Shown: positions 30,492-39,493 of the stretch, piece after piece | How positions within the stretch are numbered: position 1 is the stretch's first letter | Layout of the letters: the number at the start of each line of letters is the position of its first letter | DNA from: an uncultured bacterium | GTDB lineage: Bacteria; Auribacterota; Erginobacteria; Erginobacterales; Erginobacteraceae | DNA: 64,000 bases | Direction: 5' to 3' | NCBI GenBank assembly: GCA_963822585.1 | Contig: CAWGIE010000023.1 | Span: 32,001 to 96,000 of the forward strand | Notes under the pieces: model-generated | Databases searched by the model: none | What the model saw: only the letters and a program-made list of their open reading frames with translations | Told to the model about the DNA's origin: nothing | Position numbers and translations under genes: made by a program

Positions 30492-30633
30492 GCACAGACA
30501 GGAATGTCTGTGTTACCTTGGGCTGGGGGCGCACAGACAGGAATGTCTGTGTCACCTTGAGCTGGGGCTGCACAGACAGGAATGTCTGTGTTACCTTGGG
30601 CTGGGGGCGCACAGACAGGAATGTCTGTGTCAC
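30492..30633 (-). repeat. REP array: 4 units at 39-nt spacing, inverted relative to the left array
   Basis: gcacagacaggaatgtctgtgt(t/c)ac at 30492, 30531, 30570 and 30609. Confidence 0.92.
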
Positions 30634-30635
30634 AC

Positions 30636-32438
30636 TTACCTGATGGCCGGGAGATCGCCGGAGTGGCCGAAGTAGGACCTGGTGACGCCGCGGGCGACCC
30701 AGAGGCCGTCGCGGTAGATGGCGGGTTCGAAAGTGCCGTCGCCGTTATAATCGCTCGGCACCGGGCGGTCGCCCGGTTTTCCGAAATACGTCCGGGTGAC
30801 GCCCCGGACCGCCCAGAGAGCGGAGCTGTCGCGGAAGACAGCCGCCTCGTAGCGGCCGTCCCCATTGTAATCCCCCGGCACCGGGAGATCGCCAACAGCG
30901 CCGAAATAGGCCCGGCTCACCCCCCGGATCGCCCAGAGACCATTAGCGGCCCGGAAGACGGCGATATCGTCATACCCGTCTCCGTTGTAGTCTCCCGGAT
31001 AAGAGGTAAGCCCCTCTTCCGGTGTCGGCCCCGGAATGGGCGTCGGGGCGGCGGCAGCGGAAGAGATGCTCAGTGAAAATGAACTCACCGCGGCCTTCCA
31101 GCCGTCGATGACCAGGTAATAGGTCCCGGCGGGGGCGTGCGCGATTATTATATTTTCCTCTGACGTGCCCGATTCGTAACTGGAGTCATAGACCGACGCG
31201 GTGGAAGGACCGTCACAGAGAATTAAATCGAGGTCGTCAGAGAGCCCGGTCAGATGAATGGAAAGATCACCGTTTCCGGAGGTCGTGAACCGGTAAACCA
31301 GATCGGGCCCCGTCTCACCGTTGAGCCAGCCGTTATAGACCTGGTAATCGTCGTTGAACTCGGCATTGCTCCCGCCGGTATTGTAGTTGGCGGAAATAAC
31401 GAGGGGAGATCCGAACGTGTCCCCGTTACCGCCCGGGGGCGGCGTCGGGCCAATGACCGGGGTCGGGTTGGCGACGGGAGTCGGCGCTCCGCCCCCGCCG
31501 AAGGTCACGTTGAGGGTCTGCCAGTAATGGTTGTAATCTCCCCATAAGCCGCCCTCGGAGCAGTCATAATTCATGTCCATCGCGATCCGGAAGAGGCCGT
31601 TCGGGCGGCCGCTGGTGGTCCCCCAGGAATTGAGCATGATCCAGTAGCGGTTCTGCGGGTCGTCGTCGTTGTAGCCGACGCAGAGCACGGCGTGACCGGC
31701 CGAGCCGTAGTCCGGCATCTTCCCGCAGGTCGGGTCGAAATCCCAGATCGCGGATTCCGGCTGATTGGACCAGAAGTTCTCGAAATTGACCCAGTCGGCG
31801 TTGGTGGACATGAAGAAGCCGAACCAGATCGCTTTCCCCTGGTTGAGAACGTTCTTTATGTTGTTGATGGCTGTGGTCTGCCCGACGTCCTGAGTCGGAA
31901 TGCTCGAATAAGATATGGCGGAGATGGGGTAATTGGGTGAGGTCGAGATGGCGGAGCAGGACGAGTTGCACGATCCCCCGCCGTCCTGCCAGAACGCCCC
32001 GGTATTCGACCAGGGGATCGCCTTCCGCACGTCCGCGTAGAAATGAACCACGTTGTACAGCCATCCGCCCTGGCAGCAGGAGATCTCGGTCCCGCAGTTG
32101 TTGATGTACTGGACGGAGAGCCGATTCTTGATACTTTCCTGGACGTCGAGGGCGATGGCGAGGCACCCGGTCCCGGCCCAGGCCCAGCAGTTGCCGCAAT
32201 GGTCCTGGTCGCGCTGGGACGGGGTATACTGAAGGTGGCTGAGGAGGCTGAGGGAGCCGCGCCGGGGCTGAATGGCGGGGTCGATGAAGGCCCGGGGTGC
32301 CGTTTGGTAAGAGTCGATCCAGGCCCGCTTGGTCGCGGCATCAGGACGCATCAGGGGATAGTTCCGCGCCGCGGCGACGCAGCCCGCGAAGAGCGCCCCT
32401 GCCAGCCATATCACTGTTATGAAGACTGTCCGTTTCAT
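30636..32438 (-). CDS. Secreted C1A (papain-like) cysteine peptidase with a PPC-like domain and C-terminal GDYNGDG repeats
   Basis: Signal peptide; QDHCGNCWAW, GHAVLCVGY, MLNSWG; Pro/Thr linkers. Confidence 0.85.
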   Translation of the reverse strand: MKRTVFITVIWLAGALFAGCVAAARNYPLMRPDAATKRAWIDSYQTAPRAFIDPAIQPRRGSLSLLSHLQYTPSQRDQDHCGNCWAWAGTGCLAIALDVQESIKNRLSVQYINNCGTEISCCQGGWLYNVVHFYADVRKAIPWSNTGAFWQDGGGSCNSSCSAISTSPNYPISAISYSSIPTQDVGQTTAINNIKNVLNQGKAIWFGFFMSTNADWVNFENFWSNQPESAIWDFDPTCGKMPDYGSAGHAVLCVGYNDDDPQNRYWIMLNSWGTTSGRPNGLFRIAMDMNYDCSEGGLWGDYNHYWQTLNVTFGGGGAPTPVANPTPVIGPTPPPGGNGDTFGSPLVISANYNTGGSNAEFNDDYQVYNGWLNGETGPDLVYRFTTSGNGDLSIHLTGLSDDLDLILCDGPSTASVYDSSYESGTSEENIIIAHAPAGTYYLVIDGWKAAVSSFSLSISSAAAAPTPIPGPTPEEGLTSYPGDYNGDGYDDIAVFRAANGLWAIRGVSRAYFGAVGDLPVPGDYNGDGRYEAAVFRDSSALWAVRGVTRTYFGKPGDRPVPSDYNGDGTFEPAIYRDGLWVARGVTRSYFGHSGDLPAIR

Positions 32439-32514
32439 GAAAATCAGGATGGTGTCCAATTTATTGAAACTTCATGATTTTACTTCGTGGTTTATTGACT
32501 TATTAATAAAAAGT

Positions 32515-33943
32515 TTATCTGGCTATCGGATTATCCCCCGACCGACCGAAATAAATAGCGCTGATATTCTTTATTTTCCAGAGACCGTCCTTAAAGTAAG
32601 CGGGGACGTACTTCCCGCTGCCCGCATAGCGGCCCGAGGCCGGGATCGTCCTCCTGTTCCCGAGATAGGCCCGGGAAATCCCCCTGATCGACCAGAGTCC
32701 GCTGAAAGGGCGGAAGATCGGCAATATCGGCCCGGCGGTCGCCGTTGTAGTCTCCGGAAACCGGGATATCGTTCGCGGAGCCGAAATAGGCCCGGGTAAT
32801 CCCCTTGACCGCCCAGAGACCGTTCGACGGCCGGAAGAGGGCCAGGTCGGCGGTGCCGTCGCCATTATAATCCCCCGGGATATACGGTCCCGGCGTAGGG
32901 CCGGGAGGGGGCGTCGGGAACCGGGGGGGGGCCGGGGTCGGCGGTGGGGCCTCCCCGTAGACCAGGTATGCGGCTTCGCAGGAGACGAAGGCGGAGGTGT
33001 ATCCGATCCGCATGTAGCCGCCCTCCCCCCAGCTTGTCCCCCAGGAGTTCCGGAGGATCCAGTAGCCGTTCCCGCCGTTGTCATTCCAGCCGACCAGCGA
33101 GATGGCGTGGTTGGTGTAGGTATAGTAGCAGGGGTTGGCAGTGCAGTTCGTGTTGGAATCCTGGTAGATGCCCCCGCTGTAAGCGTCAAAGGCGTTCCCC
33201 ACGTACACTGCCGCGTCCACTACTCCGTAGGTCATGATCGCGGTCTTGATCGCCTCGATGTCATTGCAGGGTATCCGGTGCCAGGACTGGAACTGGGCCA
33301 GGGAGGGGTACGGGGAAAGCGGGCAGGACTGCTGATAATCGTGGTAGGGAAAGACCGACTCGGCGCAGATGCCGTACTGGGTGAGCGCTTCCAGTTCGTA
33401 GTAGTCGTAATCGGCGCCGTCACATCCGTCGAAGTGCTGGCTATAATGGTCGGAAAGACAGAAGGCGATGAAGGCTTCCGAGAAATCGACCCGGTTCCCG
33501 TCGTAGAGCCCGTTGGCCCAGTTATAGGTCCCTTCGGCGGCGGCGGCGGCGCCGAAGGCGTAGCAGGAGCCGCAGTTTCCCTGGTTCCGGATGGGACCGA
33601 TATAGCTGTGTCCGTTGTAATTGCGCCAGTCGAAGCTGGCCGGGAGATCGACGGTACCCAGGATTTCGCCCAAAGGTCCGATATCCTCCCCGGCCCCGCC
33701 GCGGCGGGGAGAAAGAGGCGCCCGGCGGGTGAAGAGGGCCGCCTTCTCGCCTTCCGGCAGATCGAAGACCCAGTTATTGCTGACAGTGAAATCGTACCCG
33801 TTATAGTCGATCTTGTAGCGGATCTCCTCCAGTGTGTCATCGGGCGCGAAGGGGAGGATATTTTGGGCCCTGACATTGAGTGGCAGGGAAAGGAGTAGCA
33901 GGAGAAAAATACTTGGAACCACAGATTTTATTTTGCCGTTCAT
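32515..33943 (-). pseudogene. Secreted C1A cysteine peptidase with C-terminal GDYNGDG repeats; one frameshift near 32719 (real or a sequencing error)
   Basis: QGNCGSCYAF, NHAISLVGW, LRNSWG. After DYNGDRRADIA an extra base shifts the frame; IFRPFSGLWSIRG...GDNPIAR continues in the 32515..33189 frame. Confidence 0.8.
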
Positions 33944-34096
33944 CGGGTATTAAATCAGGAATTTTCACATATAGATAAGTATACAACGAACAGGGCGGTT
34001 TGGGAAGGTGCGCCCGGATGAAAAATCTTGACAGTGATTGCGGGAGAATTCCAGTGTGACTGGATGGTTAGAATATTCTTTTTCCCCGATCCCCGG

Positions 34097-34148
34097 CACA
34101 GACAGGAATGTCTGTGCTACCTTACACAGACAGGAATGTCTGTGTTAC
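34097..34148 (-). repeat. Two REP copies (28-nt spacing)
   Basis: cacagacaggaatgtctgtg(c/t)tac at 34097 and 34125. Confidence 0.9.
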
Positions 34149-34831
34149 TCTTGATGGACGCCGATGTTCTCCTCCACCGCCTTTTTCAGAGGACCGGCTA
34201 TCTCGGAGAAAGGCACGGTGGCGGAATACTCGGGACCGGTTTTCTGGTAATAACCGCCGAAACCCATTCCGTCGAAGGTAAGGGGGGTGAAGTTCCGGTT
34301 GTCCTTCTCCGGGACCGTAAAGAAATAAGAGGCGGCCTGGTAGATAGCCACCAGTTTCGGGGTGTAGCCTTCCGACTTCGGCCACTGCCGTTTGATTTTC
34401 TCCATCTCACCGGCCAGGGGTGTCATCCCCAGCGTCACCGCCTCCCAGTTCCCGTCCATCCGCTCCACCGTCAGGATGGCCCGGGGCGTCCCCTCCAGGA
34501 TAACCGGGAAGAACCATCTCCCGGTGGGAGAAATGAGCGTATCGACGGAGGTGTCCGCGGGAGCGTTCAGGAGTTTTTCCGGGGTGATCGTGTAAAGCTG
34601 GAAGGGCGTCCCGACGCGAGCGTCGGATAGGCGATCCTCCGGTAAAAAGCCGAAGTTTCCTCTCTCGCTGTCGGGGAGTTCCTTTAAAAATTGCACCAGC
34701 CCCGATTCCGCCGCCGTCACCGCTTCCGAGGGGGGCGTTTCGTCAGCCGGATATGCAGTGGAGAGCGGTATCGAAATGATGAGACAGAAAATACAAACAA
34801 GCGAAAGAAGAAATTGCTGAATTTTTTTCAT
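34145..34831 (-). CDS. Secreted hypothetical protein
   Basis: Signal-peptide-like N-terminus, GGAG RBS, 228 aa. Confidence 0.75.
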   Translation of the reverse strand: MKKIQQFLLSLVCIFCLIISIPLSTAYPADETPPSEAVTAAESGLVQFLKELPDSERGNFGFLPEDRLSDARVGTPFQLYTITPEKLLNAPADTSVDTLISPTGRWFFPVILEGTPRAILTVERMDGNWEAVTLGMTPLAGEMEKIKRQWPKSEGYTPKLVAIYQAASYFFTVPEKDNRNFTPLTFDGMGFGGYYQKTGPEYSATVPFSEIAGPLKKAVEENIGVHQE

Positions 34832-35027
34832 TTTTTCTCCCCGATTAGTCTGAGTTGCCGATCAATTCCCTGTGAATTGACGGAGTTGATTAATTACGTG
34901 GCCTGCAATCCTAATCCAATCTCATGCAATACGTATCGGTTCTTTTATTAATATACCCCGCCAATCATGGATGGGGAAGAGCAATCGGGAATGGCGCGGG
35001 CGGCTGAGACTGTTCCCCAATCCCCGA

Positions 35028-35097
35028 CACAGACAGGAATGTCTGTGCTACTTTACACAGACAAGAATGTCTGTGCTACTTTACACAGACAGGAATG
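35028..35097 (-). repeat. Three REP copies (the last partial)
   Basis: cacagaca(g/a)gaatgtctgtgctac at 35028 and 35056; partial copy at 35084. Confidence 0.88.
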
Positions 35098-35105
35098 CCG
35101 ATGCT

Positions 35106-36128
35106 TCATTCTTCTTCCGGCAGCTCTCTCTCCTCCCTCTCTTTCATGATCTCCTTCAGGCGCCGGGACTCGGTGACAAAGAGGAGCTTCGCCTCCTGAA
35201 GAGGTCGCCCGGGGGAGCCGAGGAGTACCTGCCCGGGCGGAACCTTTTTCTTGGCGGCAAGTCCGGACTGCCCGAGCAGGATGGCCCGGTCGCCGACGGT
35301 TACGTGATCGGCGATCCCTACCTGACCGGCCATGATCACGTTCCTCCCGACCTTCACCGAGCCGCTGATCCCGACCTGGGCGCAGAGGATCGTGTTCTCG
35401 CCGATCTCGTCGTTGTGGGCGACCTGGACCAGGTTGTCGATCTTGACCCCTTTTCGGATGATCGTATCGCCGGAGGTGCCCCGGTCGATGGCAGTGTTGC
35501 AGCCGATCTCGACATCATCCTCGATCACGACCCGGCCGACCTGGGGGATCTTCACGTTCTTTCCCTCCGCGTCGGAGACATACCCGAAGCCGTCGCCGCC
35601 GATCACCGCGCCGGCATGGATGATGCAGCGGTTTCCGATCACGTTGTTCTCGTTGACGGTCACGTTGGGAAAAAGCCGGGTATCGGAACCGATCGCCGAG
35701 TTGAGTCCGACAAAACAGCCGGCGCCGATCACGGTCCGGTCGCCGATCCTTACCCCGGCCTCGATCACCGCCCGGGGCTGGATCGAGACCTCGCTGCCGA
35801 TCTCAGCCTCCGGACTGACGGTGGCCTCGGTGGAGATGCCGGCTTCAAACCGGCGGGGGGGATAGAAGACCTGGGCCAGGCGGGCGAAGGCCAGCCGGGG
35901 ATTATCAACCCGGATCAGGGGTTTGGTCGATGATTCGATCTCCCGGCCGCAGATGACGGCCGCGGCCGCTGTTTTCTCGGCTTCTTTCAAATATCGTTTT
36001 TTCTCTATCCAGACCAGCGAGCCGGCATCCGCCGTCTCCAGGCCGGTAATTTTATCGACGGTGACGGTACCGTCACCGATCAGTTCACCCCCGATCATCT
36101 CGGCGGTCTTTTGCAGCGTTATTTCCAT
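35106..36128 (-). CDS. lpxD: UDP-3-O-(3-hydroxyacyl)glucosamine N-acyltransferase
   Basis: Hexapeptide repeats, GGDGFGY, KIPQVGRV, IDRG, KIDNLVQVAHN. Confidence 0.95.
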   Translation of the reverse strand: MEITLQKTAEMIGGELIGDGTVTVDKITGLETADAGSLVWIEKKRYLKEAEKTAAAAVICGREIESSTKPLIRVDNPRLAFARLAQVFYPPRRFEAGISTEATVSPEAEIGSEVSIQPRAVIEAGVRIGDRTVIGAGCFVGLNSAIGSDTRLFPNVTVNENNVIGNRCIIHAGAVIGGDGFGYVSDAEGKNVKIPQVGRVVIEDDVEIGCNTAIDRGTSGDTIIRKGVKIDNLVQVAHNDEIGENTILCAQVGISGSVKVGRNVIMAGQVGIADHVTVGDRAILLGQSGLAAKKKVPPGQVLLGSPGRPLQEAKLLFVTESRRLKEIMKEREERELPEEE

Positions 36129-36260
36129 GATCAGCTTCCTTTATGTTTCCGCTCCCGCGAAAATGCCATTTCTTGATTGTTTTCCCGTTGAAGTCGGTTA
36201 TCGCTTCTTATAATATATCGCTTCCGTTTTCCCGCATAGTGAAATATATTAAATGATCTC

Positions 36261-36420
36261 GGCGGAGTAGCTCAGCCGGTTAGAGCAGCGGCCCCGCAAA
36301 GTAAAAGTTGTTCCAACTTTTACCGCGGGGTAAAAATCACCCCGCAAAATAAATGCCTCCGGCATTTATCGCGGGGTGCCCCGAGATGGCGCCAAAGGCG
36401 CCATTTTTCGGGGCATAATC
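36261..36420 (+). pseudogene. 5' fragment of tRNA-Met interrupted by three hairpin insertions
   Basis: 36261-36291 is identical to the first 31 nt of the intact tRNA; AATCA and CATAATC follow, separated by CCCCG...CGGGG hairpins. Confidence 0.8.
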
Positions 36421-36427
36421 GAACAAA

Positions 36428-36712
36428 ATGTTCTATGTTTATATACTCCACTCCCGTAAAGATGGTGGATTATACATCGGGAGGACATCTGATTTAAAGA
36501 GACGAGTCAATGAGCATAAATGGGGCAAATGCACTTCAACCCGAAATCGCAGACCAGTGCAATTAATCTATTACGAAGCATACTTAGATAAAAGGGATGC
36601 CATCGGGCGTGAAGTTTTCTTGAAAGGCGGTTCCGGGAAAAAGTATCTCAATAAGCAGCTTAAGCATTATTTTGGCGGAGTAGCTCAGCCGGTTAGAGCA
36701 GCGGAATCATAA
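36428..36712 (+). CDS. Small GIY-YIG nuclease family protein
   Basis: YVYILHS...LYIGRT.DL.RR..EH...TR.RRP..L.YYE...A..RE..LK; the 3' end runs into the tRNA gene. Confidence 0.9.
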   Translation: MFYVYILHSRKDGGLYIGRTSDLKRRVNEHKWGKCTSTRNRRPVQLIYYEAYLDKRDAIGREVFLKGGSGKKYLNKQLKHYFGGVAQPVRAAES

Positions 36713-36747
36713 TCCGCGTGTCGGGGGTTCGAGTCCCTCCTCCGCTA
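36674..36747 (+). tRNA. tRNA-Met (CAT), probably elongator; CCA not encoded
   Basis: Cloverleaf: acceptor GGCGGAG/CTCCGCT, D arm GCTC/GAGC, anticodon arm GCGGA-ATCATAA-TCCGC, T arm GGGGG-TTCGAGT-CCCTC. Confidence 0.93.
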
Positions 36748-36765
36748 TTTTTTCACCACTCACCT

Positions 36766-37194
36766 GCGGCCCCGCAAAGTAAAAGTTGTTCCAACTTTTA
36801 CCGCGGGGTAAAAATCACCCCGCAAAATAAATGCCTCCGGCATTTATCGCGGGGTGCCCCGAGATGGCGCTGGAGGCGCCATTTTTCGGGGCATCCCCGC
36901 AAAGTAAAATTGTCCCCCATTTTACCGCGGGGTAAAAATCCGCGTGTCGGGGCCCCGCCGAAGGCGGGGTAAAGTTCGAGTTTTACCCCGAGATGGCACC
37001 GAAGGGGCCATTTTTCGGGGCCCTCCTCCGCTATTTCTTCACCACTCGCCCGCGGCCCCGCAAAGTAAAATTGTCCCCCATTTTACCGCGGGGTAAAAAT
37101 CCGCGTGTCGGGGCCCCGCCGAAGGCGGGGTAAAGTTCGAGTTTTACCCCGAGATGGCACCGAAGGGGCCATTTTTCGGGGCCCTCCTCCGCTA
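36766..37194 (+). repeat. Two tandem 3' tRNA-Met fragments interrupted by hairpin insertions
   Basis: aatccgcgtgtcgggg / gttcgagt / ccctcctccgcta at 36937-37033 and 37098-37194, with hairpins between the pieces. Confidence 0.85.
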
Positions 37195-37240
37195 TTATAA
37201 AACAGCGAGCCCCGACTTATCGGGGCTCGCTGTTTTATAA
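37195..37240. terminator. Perfect 21-bp hairpin, probable bidirectional terminator
   Basis: ttataaaacagcgagccccga-ctta-tcggggctcgctgttttataa between convergent units. Confidence 0.8.
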
Positions 37241-37303
37241 GTACATTCCGACGGATGGGAGCGGGCCGCCCCGGGAACTCCGTCGCTAGTTTTGACCGTC
37301 GTA

Positions 37304-39184
37304 TTACTCGGCGGCGGGCGCCGGGGCCGGCGCGGCGGGTGTCTTGCTCTTCAGTCTTTCGACGACCGCCTTGACCGCCAGGATTTCATCCATGGAGATA
37401 GCGGTAGAAGCCTTCAATGTCGTCCCGTCCGCGGTCAGGTAGACGATCAGGGGAAGGTCGAGCTTTCCCAGGGCCTCGAACACATCGGCCTGAGGCGTGA
37501 GGCTCCCCTCCGGGGCGGCCTTCTCGATCATCATGCCCAGCAAATCCTTCAGATAACGGCCGACGGAGAAATACACGACCCCGTTGGCATCCTGCCAAGA
37601 AGCCCCCAGCTCGTTTGTATCGAACGAACTCTTTCCGGACGCTATCAGGTCGAGCCGGCTCTTGATATCGGGTGTTCCACCCCAGGTCATCTCGGTCACC
37701 GCCAGATCGCTGGTGGCCGCCATCTGCATAACGAGAGGCACTTCCATGAGGGAGAAAACCCGTTTTTCGTCGGCGGTAAACGATTCTTTCTTCAGGAGTT
37801 TTTTGAAGTCGATCGTCATCCGTGCCGTGTAAATATCCGCTCCCTTGTAGAGAACCGGCTGCTCGATCCCCGAAACATCCATGGTGATGCCCAGGCTTTC
37901 ATAAAATGACGTCAGGATATCCCGGTTCTCCAGGAAACTTTTCGTGATGTATTCCCGGTAAGCTTTCGCGTCCCGGATCTTCTGGATGGATACCGCCGAT
38001 ATAAAGGCATCGGGTGACGAAGAGATCGAGAACGCCATCTCGTCGCCGGCACACTTGGTCAGGTAGGTCTCCATCAAACCCAGGTACGTGTCTTTGAACT
38101 TGGCCAGCCGGTCACCGACCTCCTTTTCTCCCTGGGCGGCGCCCATTTCCTTGATCGTCCCGTCAAATACGTCGAAAAGGCGGCGGTATACTTCCAGCAC
38201 CATCTCCGGTTTTTCAATCCGTCCGGCGACGACCATCCAGGGGGAAGACTGGAGATACCGGGCCAGGGATAGTTTCCCTTTCTTCTGAGCCGTGAGAAAC
38301 TTGGCAAAGGCGCTGCCCGATTTGGCTTCAATCAGTTTCTCGCAGGCGACACCGGTATCGTCAATGGTGAGTCCGAAGACGACGGTCTCCACCTGCCGGG
38401 CGTAATAGAGATAGAAATCGACATAGGAGCGGACCATCTCCCGGGTCGTCTCCGGACTGAAGGGAGAAGGAGCTCCCTTCGTCTCCGTCTGGAGCGCGTC
38501 CAGCTTTTCCTTGATCCCCGCCTCCGCCAGCTCGATGAAGGGAGCAACCTGGAGACCGATGGTCAGGGCGCCATTAACCGGCGGCGCGAAGTCGGCGGGA
38601 CCGAGCGACTGCACTTCCTTTAAGATCTCCGGATCGAGCGCGAGCCAGGCGGTCTTGTCCTTGATCGCCACCGCCACGGTCTTTTCCTCGGTCCGGTAGA
38701 AATTATCAGTATTCGCCTGCTCTTCCGGGGATGCCGCCTGGTAGGCATCCATGTCGAATTCCTTGCTCTCCTTGGCGTATATTTTTACACCGGTCTTCTC
38801 GTCCTCCGACTTCAGCTTCAGGCTTTTGTTGAGAACCCCCTGGTAAGCATCGGGGTTGCTGAGGGTGAAAGAGACCGCCCAGGCGTCAGCTCCTTCCGGG
38901 CTGAAACTGACCAGGATGAGGGGAGCGGCCATGTCCACACCGACCAGGTTGGGGTTTTCGATCAGGCCGCCCAACCCCATCTTCATGACCATGGTTGCCA
39001 TCGGCGGCAGGTCCAGGGCCTGCGCGAACTTTTCCACGCCCCCCATAAAAGCGTCGGGGTTGCCCACCCGGGCGTAGCCGATCATCTTGCCGGGAACTCC
39101 GGCTTCCGTCCCGCCGGCGAAAGCGAGAGTGGTAATCAGGACCGTGACGATAATCCCGGCCGTTTGAAACCAATTTCTTTTCAT
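37304..39184 (-). CDS. Secreted/periplasmic hypothetical protein (about 626 aa)
   Basis: AGGAGG RBS, signal peptide MKRNWFQTAGIIVTVLITTLAFA, Pro/Ala tail. Confidence 0.8.
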   Translation of the reverse strand: MKRNWFQTAGIIVTVLITTLAFAGGTEAGVPGKMIGYARVGNPDAFMGGVEKFAQALDLPPMATMVMKMGLGGLIENPNLVGVDMAAPLILVSFSPEGADAWAVSFTLSNPDAYQGVLNKSLKLKSEDEKTGVKIYAKESKEFDMDAYQAASPEEQANTDNFYRTEEKTVAVAIKDKTAWLALDPEILKEVQSLGPADFAPPVNGALTIGLQVAPFIELAEAGIKEKLDALQTETKGAPSPFSPETTREMVRSYVDFYLYYARQVETVVFGLTIDDTGVACEKLIEAKSGSAFAKFLTAQKKGKLSLARYLQSSPWMVVAGRIEKPEMVLEVYRRLFDVFDGTIKEMGAAQGEKEVGDRLAKFKDTYLGLMETYLTKCAGDEMAFSISSSPDAFISAVSIQKIRDAKAYREYITKSFLENRDILTSFYESLGITMDVSGIEQPVLYKGADIYTARMTIDFKKLLKKESFTADEKRVFSLMEVPLVMQMAATSDLAVTEMTWGGTPDIKSRLDLIASGKSSFDTNELGASWQDANGVVYFSVGRYLKDLLGMMIEKAAPEGSLTPQADVFEALGKLDLPLIVYLTADGTTLKASTAISMDEILAVKAVVERLKSKTPAAPAPAPAAE

Positions 39185-39493
39185 GGATACCCTCCTTGGG
39201 TAAAAATGTTGAATTTCGATATTCATTTTAATATAGTATATTCCGCTTGTTAGAACAATAGATAAATTAGTTCCCCGCGTCCGCTCATTTATGATAATCT
39301 TATTTTCCTTCGGAAAAATAAGAGTGAAATACACTGAGCCTACAGAAGAATTATATCCAGGATACTAAATATCGGCTGATGTATAAAAGCCTTTTTGCGC
39401 GATTGCCTTAATAGATTTATGTTTGTTTAAGCAACAGACCCCGATTTAATCGGGGGCCACTATAAATTTGCGAGCGCAGCGAGCCAATTTATA

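Noticed and set aside
36292..37194. CRISPR array or tRNA introns
   Set aside because: The intervening pieces are ordered tRNA fragments. The inserts are far too short for group I/II introns, no interrupted copy is full length, and an intact tRNA is present.
36674..37304. Integrase-type genomic island or prophage attachment site
   Set aside because: No integrase or phage genes, and the tRNA duplications are local, within 1 kb.
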